DNA of 63,497 bases, counting the filler, from Dirinaria sp. TL-2023a (Eukaryota), in NCBI GenBank assembly GCA_051941275.1. It is 9 parts of 9 records of this genome, joined end to end, with 100 filler letters (N's around TTAATTAATTAA, not from the genome) between each part and the next. Parts side by side here need not be neighbours in the genome. Positions count along the whole stretch, not along the records: positions 49,528 to 56,464 come from JAVEBF010001386.1; positions 56,565 to 63,497 come from JAVEBF010001387.1; 7 more parts are not named here. One strand, 5' to 3'. A program made the translations under genes and the position numbers. Shown here in pieces: positions 49,528 through 61,792 of this stretch (the stretch's first letter is position 1; each line of letters begins with the position of its first letter). The notes under the pieces are model-generated. The model was not told the origin of the DNA and searched no databases. It worked only from the letters and a program-made list of their open reading frames with translations.

Positions 49528-50841
49528 GACTTATTGGCCTTCCGGCACGCGTGGCTTTGGAGCAGATGAAAGAGTTCATTGCTTATATTCCGAGATCTTG
49601 TGTGAAGTGAGACTAGTGGAGCAGCGTTACAGTAGACGCGGAGGAGAGTGTATGGACAGGCGTGTTCAGCGAGTTACTTCAAAGTCAAAATAGCTTACGC
49701 CGCAGATGGTGCTGCTACAAGCATCAGGTTGATGTTTCAGAATAGCTGATTGCTGATTGTTTGAGTTGTTCCGTGTTGACATGAGATGACAGTCGGCGCC
49801 TAATTTGACTGGCCACAATCATAAGGTATTTCCCTAGCATGCCAAGCTCCCTCGCTCTAGGTCCCGAGCTGCTTGCCCGGCTGGGTTCGCCTGCCTTACA
49901 GCGCAGCACCTCCAATAATCCATGTCTCAAACATCTCCTCCTCTTGCCTTACAGTACACTGTACATGTCCAGACTCCAGACCCGGCTATCTGATGTGAAA
50001 CAGGCTCCACCAAAGTCCCTACCCTCTAAACTCCTCACGCCCTCTACTTCCCTCCGGTTTCGAAGATCCTCTATACTTCTTAATGGGCCAACGCAGGGTC
50101 AATCAAACAATTGCCTTCCAATCGTCGCTTGGTTCCATTACGAACCAATACTCAACACTCAACAGTCAGGTACTCGTATGGTCAAGAGGCATGGTGAAGG
50201 ATAACGGCTACAGTCACGGTCAAGTGGACATACCCATGAGCATTGAGATTGCGGGAGCATAGCAGTGTGTAGATAAGGTAGATCAACATCCGGCTAAAGC
50301 ACGAATTACCACGAAATGGAAACCCGAATGTGATGGATGGGCAATATCGGTGTCTTCTAGTTCGGTGGCTGGAGAAGGAGCATCTCGTGTTCTCGTTGTA
50401 CTGTAACCTACCTGTATGACGAATAGGTGCCTATTTATCCTGGACCTGGACTGCAGTAAGGTACCTTACCTTAGGCAGCCTCCAACCAAAACTTGGAGAT
50501 GCTCTAACGAAATGTGCGATCCCCACGGGTAGGGTTGGGCCAGGGCTACACCAGTGCCTACAAATGGAAAGCGACAAAGGATCTTACCTTACATTGTCCT
50601 TGAGGATCAGCATCGTGTAGGTACAATTATCTGTAAGATGATTAGGGCTTAAACCCATTTCGCGGCTACGGTAGTAAGGTAAAGGCAATTGCTATATGCG
50701 CGCTCACAGAAAGCGTAAGGGATACTCCGTACATCGGATTGTACTCGCTCAATCGCTAATCATAGGTCATGCGAACACAAAAGCAACGCTTTTGTTAATC
50801 TTACAGAGAATCGTAGTTCGGCTGGGTTCTGGGAAAGGCGA

Positions 50842-52589
50842 TCACGCTACCATAGACTGTTTCCCTGGTCCTTGTTGGGTACTGATGCTCTTCTTGCTCC
50901 TACTCTTGGCGTGCCTCGATGATGATTGCCCGTGGGTCCGAGAACGTCCCTCGGATGACGGGTCTTTACCAAACACCATCGGCCACGTTTGACCAGTGTC
51001 CCGGCCACCAGTCTCCAACTCTGGTGGATGCACCCAGGTCGTGTGCGTGATCTCGTGCCCTTCATCCGCTGAAAACGTAACCTCGTCACCCTCTTTGCCG
51101 GGAAACTCGCGGGCTGTGAAACGCCTTCGGGCTGTCGGTGCCGACGAATCGGAGGCGATCGTAGACGCTGTTTCTGCAATGACCCAATTAGTACTTCGGC
51201 CAGGCACTTCATCAGCGCCAATCTCGACTAGACCTCCGCCCTCCACAGGCAAGAAGTGACGTGGTGGCAGGACCTCCACATCAATAACTGGCAGCATCCG
51301 GTGAAAGACGTCGTGAGTATGGATTTCGCGCGTAATGACTTCTTCTCTAATGTGGTGAACCTTTTCCGTGACTGATTCTTGAGTGACTGCTGGCGCAATC
51401 TTCTCAATCACTTCGGTATCTCGAGTGTTTGTCCCCGCGCGGGCTACTATCTCCTCAGCCGAAGGGTTCCGTAGCCTCTCGCCTGACGTCGGGTGGGGCA
51501 CAGGGGCGAAATATGTCGGTCCTTCGTTGGTCGACGTGTACCTGTCCTGTCCAATGGAAGAAACTCTGTTCGTGTAAGGTCCGCGCGGGGTCACGGATTG
51601 CTGCCGCAGATCGGGGTAGTTCTGTCGAGATGCTAGGGGTGAGTCTCGACGCGGAGTTTGCTGAGATAGATGCACATCGTGCTGAGGTACCGGTGGCCCC
51701 CGCTGGGTGGGGCTTTGCGCTGGCAATCCTGCGGTGTCGCGGCTGACCGGAGATGTTGAAGACTGTGCAGATGTTCCAATTTGTTTTCTGGGTATCGAAT
51801 CTCGCCTTCTCCTATCACGTTCGCCTGCGTCATCGACGTCCTCGCTAAATCCTCTCGTGGGGACTTGACTTCCCGGTGCATTTTGATACTGTTCGTCATA
51901 TCTGCCGCTATACCCGCCAGCGCTCGCACTGGGACTGCCATAGGTTGAAGGCAATTGCTGGTGCGCCTTTTGCCGGTTTACATTTTGCCCACCTAAACCG
52001 GTCTGAGGATGGCGGTCGACTCGTGGGTCTAGCCGTCCTGGCCCAGAAGGAGAATAGTAGGAGATGGGTGAGGGTGCAGCGCTATCAGAACCTAGATTGT
52101 TTAAGCACCGGAGAGATAGTCGAGTGGACAGCCCTGCATACCGGCATTATCACTAATGTTGAGGCCAGACATACCCTGCGCCAGTCCTGCGTCCATACCA
52201 GAGCTTGGATTTTGCTGTTGCTGCTGCCTTGGCACAGTCGTTTGAGGTGGACGTTGGTCGAAGAATTGAAAGTCGTTATAAGGAGGTGCCTCTGTTCGGG
52301 TAGGAGTATTGCCTAGTGGATAGGATGGCGCACTTTCTGGCCGTGTATTCTGGTTGCCGCGATTGTCCATTGGATTGCCGATTGAGTCTCTGCGATTCGA
52401 TACTGCCGCCGTGCTGTTGTTGCCCCGAATCGGGTAGGAGCCCGTCTGGGGCAGCGAGCCTGGAGGGGTAGCTTCATAGCGGGTGGTGCCCAATTTTGAG
52501 CCAGTTGCCCCTTGGCTTGTGGCACGAGAACGCTGGGGTTGCTGAGGGCTATCCCCCTTCTTGCGATGTAGATACTTCCCAATACCCAT
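50842..52589 (-). CDS. Disordered hypothetical protein with a His/Val-rich 'allergen'-type repeat, complement join(50842..52091,52142..52589), ~565 aa
   Basis: A GTATGC..TAG intron joins two ORFs in frame. Contains APAVTQESVTEKVHHIREEVITREIHTHDVFHRMLPVIDVEVLPPRH and one LDPRVD. Confidence 0.78.
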
Positions 52590-54235
52590 TTCGAAACCCA
52601 ATCACGACGACCTGGAAATCGCGCCTTTACCCGGAGAAGGGAAATGGCAAGCGATGTAGCAGGTGCTTTTGATGAACCCGCTGGATGTAAAGAGTTACTT
52701 TAGTCATCGATTGCGAATACTGCGTTCGTTCTTGCTGCCCTAAACGCTGTTAGAGCCATTGATGTGAGGTGTGGCCCGTGGAAGGAAGGATAGAGAGAGC
52801 AGTCCACTTACGTGTACCAAGGTATTTCAAAGTAAGGTAACTTGAAGTCATGTACGTACTGTACTGTGAAGTGCTTACCTTAAAGAAAGCAGTCTTACCA
52901 CCTACTATTGCCAGGCCGAGACTGCGGTCTTTCGATTCTGGCTTCCGACCATCGCTCGATCTAGCTTGCTAAGCGAGAAGCGATCAAGAGCTCTTTCTTG
53001 GCTTCAAGTACGTCACTGATGACGGAAGCCCCGAGGGACTCTCCCTCCGAGGCTCCCACCACACCTCACCATGGACACCTGTGACCTGAGCCACCACCCA
53101 CCTTCACCCACCTTCACCCACCTCCGTAATATGCACCAGGGGAAGCCCTTGCATAACCTTGGCATCGTTAGCGGGATGCAATCAGCACCGTATCTTGGGA
53201 GTTTGGATTCTTCCCGTCGACTAGACCAGTCACTAGAGGATCCCTGAGAAATCCATAGCTGTGTACAACAAACAATAATAATATCCATGGTAAGGCATCT
53301 CTCTCCCTGTGCATAACCGGGAGCGTGACCTCCTGCAGAAAACGCCTCGGCTGCGTCTCGATGAAATGCATGGAAGGTCACCTAGGTTAGATACAGCCAC
53401 ACCTGGAGTAGCGCATGATGAACTGTAGAACCAGCGATCGAGCCCACGGGATTATCATGTTCGACACTTGCTTAGAGGTGTACTACCATTGGCCTGTACT
53501 TGCCTTACCTGATTACTGGTGTGAACTGGGCAACTTCTCGATTTCAATCTGGAATCGACCCTGACGTGGCTGACGACGACATCTGATGGGCCACAAAGAG
53601 TCCGATTTCCACGCTTGACGCCATCCTACATCCAGCGGGCGGCGGCGAGGACGGACCGATGGGACAACAAAAACCTGATATTCCATCATTCGAAAGGCCC
53701 AATAACCACCAGCCACTAGGCTCTTTATGGGATGTCCGATACCTTAGGTAAGGTAAAGTAGGTCAGGTAGACGCTGCTGCCCTGTGGTGGGTGTGAAGTA
53801 GTGGGAAGTGGGAAGTGGGAAGTGAGGTGATGCTGGGGAACCCATTGCGGCAGGTGGGGTTGGAAATCTCCCATTCATCTCCGTATTATTACCTTACCTT
53901 ACCTTAAGGTACCATTGCTCTTTCCCATTCGAATTGATCTTTCGTTGCGGACGTCATCGATCCCTGATATGGGATAAGGTGAGGGAACTACCGAATGTGG
54001 GTAACCAAGTCAAGTGAAGTAATAAAGTACTTCTACTGCTGCCCAACCCCTCTTCTCTTCTCTTCCTCTTCTCTTTCTCTTCTTCATTGATTCTCTCCAT
54101 CCACTCCACACATCCTCTCTGCATCAACATACTTTACTTTACTTTCCATCCAAATTGGCCTCAATCATCAACTTACACACTCGTATCAATTCTTAAATTA
54201 CCCTCTTGAAACCCCTCCATCTTCTTCTAGTCAAC

Positions 54236-55590
54236 ATGGACAAAGCCAAGGCCGCCGTCAGTGATTTCATGTAAGTGCTTGGCTTTTGCTTGAGCTCACT
54301 TTTTCCTAGTACGAGGAAGAGGGAGACCTTGACTCGTTTGTAGCAAAGCTCTCCGAGTGTGTCTCTCATTGGTCCCCTTCCATTTCCTTCTGCACACGAT
54401 ACTGTATCAGCCAGATCCTCGCTGACATTGATTGCAGGCACAAGGCTGGCCATCATGACACAACAGTCCACGAAAAGGTTGCCCCAGCTGTGACCAACGA
54501 GAATGTGGTTCAGAAGCGTCATGAGGAAGCTCAGACAGCCATCGACCGCGAAATTCATCAAGACCACTATCACACTTCGGTCCAGCCCGTTCATGACCGT
54601 GAAGTCCTGCCAGAAAAGCACCATCACAATATGATCCCCGTGGAACATCGTGAGCATCAGCATGGTAACCCCGACTCTGTCAAAGCTCGTCTCGAGCAAG
54701 AAGCCGCACAGTTCGCGGATAGCCGGCAGGTGCGGAAGGAGGAATCCCACTCCGTGGCCCCGGTCATTGCGGGCGAGCACGTGCACCACCATGTCCATGA
54801 GGTTCGTTGACGCTGAGCAGTTCTTGGGCCACCATCTTCACTAACAGATTTCCAGACCATCCAACCCGTGGTCCAGAAAGAAACCATCCAGCCTTCGGTC
54901 GTTCACACTACTGTGCCTATCCACGAAGTCCACCAGAACGAAGCTAAACACCATACGTCTTCCGCTCTCCCTGCTGTGAGCATGGCAGATTTCAAGAAGC
55001 AGGGTGGTTCACTTACCGGCCGTGAGGAGCGCTATGATGGGTTTGAGGGCGAGCCAAGAGCAGTCGGCAGCGCCCTAAGTGGCGCCGGGTCTACTGGCAC
55101 TGGCACTGGTGCTGGCTATGGCAGCGGTACTACTGGCACTGGTACTGGATATGGCAGTTCCACCACCTCTGGGCCTCACTCCTCCAAACTCGAGAACAAG
55201 CTAGATCCTCGTGTTGACTCGGACCGTGATGGAAGCCGTAACTTAGGCGCCACCGGCGCTGGCACAGGCTACGGTAGTGGTACTACTGGGACTGGCACTG
55301 GCTATGGCAGCCACACCACCTCTGGCCCTCACTCCTCCAACCTCGAAAATAAGGTGGATCCCCGTGTCGACTCAGATCGCGATGGAAGCCGCAACCTGGG
55401 TGCCACCGGCGCTGGCGCTGGCTACGGCACTGGTACCACCGGCACTGGTACTGGTTATGGCAGCGGCACGACGGGCTCCGGATACGACAACACCACCGGC
55501 ACGACGACGGGAAAGAAGCCCGGTCTCATGGACAAGCTCAACCCACTGAAAGACTCGGACCGTGACGGAAAGAAGGGTTTCATGGAGTAG
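54236..55590 (+). CDS. Fungal 'allergen'-type His-rich protein with dehydrin-like DPR repeats, join(54236..54270,54438..54801,54856..55590), ~377 aa
   Basis: MDKAKAAVSDFMHKAGHHDTTVHEKVAPAV..REIHQDHYHTSVQPVHDREVLPEKHHH, two GPHSS.LENK.DPRVDSDRDGSR motifs, and canonical introns. Confidence 0.9.
55102..55460 (+). repeat. Intragenic 153-bp (51-aa) tandem repeat, about 2.3 copies
   Basis: The DPR codons at 55204 and 55357 are 153 bp apart. Peptide units are near-identical with many synonymous changes. Confidence 0.9.
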
Positions 55591-56464
55591 ATTTAAAAAA
55601 AAAAAAAAAAAAGAGTTCCAACCCTTTGAACCTGTGCTTGCAAAGGCGGTTCGGTTGCACCTATTCCATCGGCGTCAAAAGACGTTTTAATAAGCATTCT
55701 TACGAACGAAGACGGATGATGATGAACTCGGGCTTGTATTTATTAGCTGCTCGACCAAAGGAATGAAAATGAATAGCTTTATCCCTTAACTGCTGATCTT
55801 TCGTGCTGTGCTGTGCTATGCTATTCTCTGTCCTAACTTGATCCCATCATAGAGCGGGTCGTGACGTTTGTGCTGTGCTATGCTATTAATGGTTTCCAAA
55901 ATCGAATATGCCACTCATCACCATCAAGCCAAGCCATCCATCAAGCCCCCTTGGTAATATAGTGAAACCCACGACTATCTTCTTCACAACTGTAAAGGCT
56001 CTAATTCACTAATTTCGCCTTATATAAGAAGGAAACAGTGGTCCTATCTCGAAAGTACTTAATTTACTTCCCCCAATGCAGGTGGATGCGAATTTTGTCC
56101 TTTTTATTTCTTGATAAGGTTAGGTAACTAAGGTAAACTAACAAGCTGGAATGAGTCGCGTCTCCTATTCCATTTCATATTTATATTCGATCTGATCTGA
56201 TCCGATCTATCTACATACTCACGTACTTAAGTGTACAGTATCATAGAACGACGACCAGAACACAATATAAGAAAGCCCCGCATTTCGAACAAAAAAAGCG
56301 GGGGTAGAAAGAAATCCTCATTTCTTCCCCCTCCCGAAAAAATTCGTGATACTGCCTTGTCCCCTCGTAGCTTTGCCTCCTTTTGCTGGTTGTGCTTTCT
56401 TGGCTGGGGGTGGGGGAGGGTGGTGCTCGGGTTCGGATTCGGAGAAGGATTCCCACGCGGGTTC

Positions 56465-56564
56465 NNNNNNNNNNNNNNNNNNNNNNNNNNNNNNNNNNNN
56501 NNNNNNNNTTAATTAATTAANNNNNNNNNNNNNNNNNNNNNNNNNNNNNNNNNNNNNNNNNNNN
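56465..56564. other. Artificial contig linker
   Basis: N44-TTAATTAATTAA-N44. Confidence 0.98.
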
Positions 56565-57913
56565 ACCCCCTACCCACAAAAACGCATCTCGCTCAACAGA
56601 CTGGCGCCGCCTATCCCCTGCCACCCACCAGCTCAATCTGAATGCATCTGATTGTACTCTACACCGAGCAATCACGGATTCGATCTATTATTCAGAGCAG
56701 ACGAGGGGGGAGAAAATTAATTCTCATTCTTTCTCGTTCGAGCAACGTATCCAAAACCTGCTTTGCATGTATACGAACGTTATATCTTGATCTAGAAAGA
56801 GATACAGTAGCTGCACCTCACTTCGCTTTTGTACTGCGGCTCAAGAAATGCTTGATATTTTCGTGATCACAAAAAATTTGAGAATGGAAGGGGGTTGGAT
56901 GGAAGTAATTGTTCATAGGAGGTGTAAAGTGATGAGGTACCTGAGGTTTTGAGAGGCGGTTCCCGCCCAGGTGGGTCTGGGTTAAGTGCTTGGGAAGGGG
57001 AGATTCGATTCAATTTAAGATGGACATTTAAGGAATATTGTGGCAGAGTGTTTATCTATGCGGTCTTAGATGTATCGTTTAGGAGTGGAGAGAAAGGGGC
57101 GGGGGATGAAGTGAATGCGGTTAGATTGGATTTTTTTGAGATTTGTGATAAGGGCGGGAATGGGGATTGTTGGGTGCTGCAGAACGAGGAAAGATAGAAG
57201 AAAAAAGGGACGTTTAGGTAGGGAAGTGACAAGAGGATTTAGGGTGGGGCAGGTGTGGAGGTTGATAGCATGCTTTCTGATCAGGAATGGAAGTATAGTC
57301 TGTATGGATTTGGAGCAATACGGATGTTGATGGCTGGGTCGAGGGAATTTCGTGTTGGGTATGTTCGGTTAATATAGATGGAGGATGGAAGTAGCGATGG
57401 CCCTCGATAGGGGTTCTACTTTCAGGTGTTTGTGTGTTTGATGAAAATTGGAAATGGAAGGGAACAGGGGGGGGTTTTTTTTTCAAGGATTGTAGAGCTG
57501 GATCAAGGAGTCCTGTACGAAGTAAAGAGAGGAAGAGAGGGGGCAGTAGTGGCAGGCGGCAGAGTTTTTAAGGTTGTTTGTTAGTAAGCCATTCCTGCTT
57601 ATCAAATGATTCGAAACTTATACTCTCTGGGATGGGTATAAGGTGAGAGACCTTATGGACAACCACATTGTTTCAAAGAAAGGTCAAAGCCAGAAATACG
57701 ACAAAAATTAGCGAGAGGGGTTACGAGCCATTATAGAGTGAGCGATGCCCAATGAGAATCCGTTCATTAACTAGTCCAAGTCTTCTTCTCCTAGTGAACC
57801 TTATCGTATGGTCGAAGAGCATACAACTCTATCGAGATCAAGTTAACTATCCCTCTGCTGTTGCATAAGTTTTATTCCAGCGAAAACTTAGCCTTTCTGC
57901 GGCAGTTGAGTCT

Positions 57914-58968
57914 TCAAGCCAAACCCCGAGTCAGAGAGAACCCCGAATCGATGACGAGGCCGATACCGTGGATGTAGCTTGCACCAGGGGTGCACAAGAA
58001 ATGAATTGCTTCCGCGACTTCCTCCACAACTGCCATCCTACCCAATGGTGTGAGAGCTTTGATCACTGCTGGTAGATCGGGTTGCCTGGACAAATCCTTT
58101 TCCATCATCTGGACAGATGTGTCAACCGCAGAATCCTCCAATTTGACTGGTATGCTATCGACTCACTGGAGTATCAACCCAAGTCGGTAAAACACAATTT
58201 AGGCGTACACCTTTCCGCGCAAGCTCAGCCGCTGCAAGAATCAACTTCTATACAGTCAATCACGGCATCTTGCTGGTCTTACCGGCAGTCTGCATGATGC
58301 CTATCGCTGCATACTTTGAGGACCCATATTGCACACGGTTAGAGACCGGAACTTGGCCATTTAAAGAGGAGATAGTAACAATCGAGCCCCGGCCGGTGCT
58401 TCGACGACCACTACGCCCTTCGGTGAATTGCTCATCCTGAGCTTGCATAATCTTGGCAACTTCGCCGATGCAGAAGAGCATACCCCTCGCGTTGACATTG
58501 TGGACGCGGTCAAACTCTTCGTCCGGCATCTCGGTTACGGGAGCTTCCAGATTTGGACCAACCTTTCTTACCATTAGCGCGTCGCTCCTGTGATTCGGAT
58601 CCGGCTCGCTCATCCAGAGGGCATACCCCAGCAGTAATGATATTACAATCGATTCTGCCAAACTCTGCTTGAGTAGCAGTCACCAATGCAGAAACACTGC
58701 TCCTATCTGTTACATCCACTTGCATTGCGATAGCGCGGTATCCATCTTTTGTAGCGAGCTTGTTGCTGGCACTGGCAGCATCTTGTGCGGCGTTTTCGTC
58801 GATATCAGCAAAGCAGATGCCAGTTGCACCTCGCTCTGCGAAAGTATAGCCGGTCTCGCGTCCAAGACCGCTCCCTGAGCGCATCAATTGAGATTCATGT
58901 CAGATCTGTGATCGCTGATAAGGAAGATTACCGGCGCCAATGACGAGTACGTAGCCTTCAACCGACAT
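57914..58968 (-). CDS. Short-chain dehydrogenase/reductase, complement join(57914..58108,58167..58231,58283..58562,58627..58874,58932..58968), ~274 aa
   Basis: Spliced GAGSGLG, DVTD, VNARG, GSIVTISS, catalytic YGSSK, GVRLNCVLPTWVDTP, PLGRMA and VIDSG. Confidence 0.92.
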
Positions 58969-60313
58969 CGTAGCTTGAAAATTTCCACCAAAGGACCAAT
59001 GAGGGTTCTCTCCAAAGGTAATAGAGCGGATTGAATGGGTCTCAAACTCGCCTTTTCCTAAGCGCGTCAATTCAGGTGTTTCTCCAAGGTAAGTCCATCC
59101 TTCCAGACTGTACGTGTCTGACTAAGCGGATAGTGCTTAGTGATTATTGGACGCGAAACTTGCAAGCTTTAATTCCTTCGTTCGAGGTCCCGGTGAGCAC
59201 GTGAAAACTCACTCCCCCTTTGGGAAATCCCCCGCTCTCTAAAGGACAACCATTGGGTGCACTGTCCTTAGAAATGTAGAATCAACTCCAGCAATTGGAC
59301 TTGTCATTCACCCAAGTCGGTGTTGGGGAAGCCGCAGAAGACACAACGCACCAATCACACGATTCCAGTCAATGGCGCCGTTGTTCTCACTCGCTTCCAG
59401 CTTTTCAGAGTTTTTCGGAAGCATTAATTCACATGATCATCCGGCATGCTTGGCAAAGACAGACCCATCTCTGACGCCTTTGAAGGTGGAAGATGGAGCA
59501 CGGACTTTGAACCTGATACAACTCCACTATGGAAATGTGATTGCAAATACCTTACGCGGCTCGGCTAAGAGGCGATGCTAGAAGAGGAAAGCTGCCTTGG
59601 CATTTGGTGGTGCTATTAAGGTCCTCAAGCGCGCGGCAACCATAGCAAGCTTCTATCTACTGGTGTTCAATACGATACTTACTGTAGAATGCACTTCCGA
59701 AATGGACTACGATGCTGTAGTGACCGGCTGGGAAGCTCAGAATATTTGCCAATTGCCTCGCGTAAGTTGATCCCAGCAAATTCGTAAATTCGATGGCTAG
59801 TCAAGAGATGCTGTTGGACAGTATGTGCTGTCCGGCATTCATCTGCAGAGGCCGACATGGGCTGGACAAGATTGAATAATCAGATTGCTGGAAATGGACA
59901 TAGACGGAGACATTATTCCTCCTGATTATTGTTTGCTTATCCCACCCTGACCAATCTTTTTGCTGGGGCTTAATAATGCACCTCGGCATGTTAATCTTCC
60001 GGCCTCCGACTCCTTCATTCGCCCGCCCAATCATTCGTCATCCAATGACTCAATCCAAGTGTTCAGGCTCCAGCTGCCTTTTTCTGGCAGACTATCAGAC
60101 ATGATTGGCTCGCTTACATTAGCTCTCCGTTCTGGCGGGGCTAGAGGGGCTACCTTAGTGGGGCTCTGCTCGAGCCGCGGTATAAGTAAAAGCTTCACTG
60201 CCTTAGACACTTCTGTCTTCTCTCTTCATTCCCACTTCAACATTCGACCCAGCCTGATCCAAAGATCACCTCAATTGAGCTTTCTGTCAGGTTCAATCTC
60301 AGCACTCACAACC

Positions 60314-61081
60314 ATGTCTCAACCAATCACTCTCTATTCCCACGCCTCTGGGCCCAACCCATGGAAGGCTGCCATTATCCTTGAAGAGTTGGGCCTTTCC
60401 TACAAGACCGTCCTGATGGACTTCGCAGATCTCAAGAAGGAACCATTCGAGTCCAAGAATCCCAACGGCCGGTGAGCTCCCTTACTATTCACCATTTCCA
60501 TTAATCGTCTAACGTCTTGTCAGTGTTCCTTGTATCGAAGACCCTAATACTGGCATCACCCTTTGGGAGGTAACACACCGTGCCCGTACTTCAACCAGGG
60601 CATCCAAGATGCTGATCATCCACTCTAGTCTGGTGCCATCATCGAATACCTCATCGAGACCTATGACAAGAACAATTCCTTGAGCTATGCCACCTCCCCC
60701 GAGAAATACTACACCAAGCAGTACCTGTTCTACCAGGTCTCCGGTCAAGGCCCCTATTTCGGCCAGGGTGCCTGGTTCTCCATGTTTCACCACGAGAAGC
60801 TTCCCAGCGCGATTGAGCGTTACCAGAACGAGGCCAAGCGTGTCACCAAAGTGCTAGATGGTGTGTTGAAGAAGAACGGTACCGGCTACTTGGTTGGAGG
60901 AAAGTGCACCTACGCCGACCTCAGCTTCGTCACTTGGTCCGCAATGCTGCCACATCTACTGCAGGGTGTCGACATCGCCAAGGAGTACCCGGATTACAAT
61001 GCTTGGCTCCAGAAGCTCATGGAGCGCCCTGCAGTCAAGAAAGTTTTCGAGGACAAGCAGGCAGCCAATGCGAAGAAATAG
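60314..61081 (+). CDS. Glutathione S-transferase (Ure2p-like class), join(60314..60471,60524..60569,60629..61081), 218 aa
   Basis: GPNPWK..LEELGL, NPNGRVPCIEDPNTGITLWESGAIIEYL, QVSGQGPYFGQ, AIERY and YLVGGKCTYADLSF. Confidence 0.95.
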
Positions 61082-61792
61082 GCTAGATAGCATGCAACCG
61101 GTAGGCTGAGATTAGGCATTTGCTTAAGGCTAGAATCAAAGGACAATAGCTCTCATTGCCAACTTCCGCTTTCAAAGGAGAAATGTAGACGACGAAACAT
61201 GCGACTACATGCATACTAACCTATATTTCCGCTCTGGCAGGCTCGTGCGGGTTGAATTGCTCCTGGGCTACCTATGTGCAATGCCTAAAGCGACAATAAC
61301 TAATGGCTATTGTAAGCGGTTCTTCGTTCTATTTCCCTTCCCCCCTTCGCCCTCTTTTTTTTTTTTTTTTTTCTTTTTTTTTTTCCTGTGGTGATGGTGA
61401 GAGAACTCATAGTCGTTGGGTGATTTGCTGCAACAAGTAGGTTACAGACCCAACGCGTATGCCAGGGTATCCACAAAACCAAAACAAAGACTGGTTGCGC
61501 CATTTACGAGGGATCATTTGGCCTAATGTCGCGCTGCACATCTGTAGCGTCTTCAGATACGGACGTACTTAACATTTTGCGTGCAGCTCAAGCTTCGGGC
61601 ATGCCGGAGATAAGACTGCTAAATCCCGACGGATTCAAGCCTAATGTACCTTAAGGAATAGGTGAGCAAGTAAGTACCTTATATGTATGAGATAAGTAAA
61701 GCTCTCCCATTCCCAGATTCGAAGTCAAAATCTCCCATTTAATCTTCTTAATTCTATTTTTTTACTTGCTTTTCTCATTCACGTAAAGTACA

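Noticed and set aside
55801..55888. Duplicated GTGCTGTGCTATGCTATT, plus (GTGGGAA)3 near 53801, a 13-bp tandem near 30866 and several poly-T/A runs
   Set aside because: Ordinary simple-sequence repeats.
7018..56564. TTAATTAATTAA flanked by N runs recurring about every 7.05 kb
   Set aside because: Artificial six-frame-stop linker. The periodicity reflects contigs sorted by length, not biology.
59960..60313. Apparent long N-terminal extension of the GST ORF
   Set aside because: It uses a non-ATG start and runs through the TATA (about 60181) and CT-rich leader. The ATG at 60314 matches the family start.
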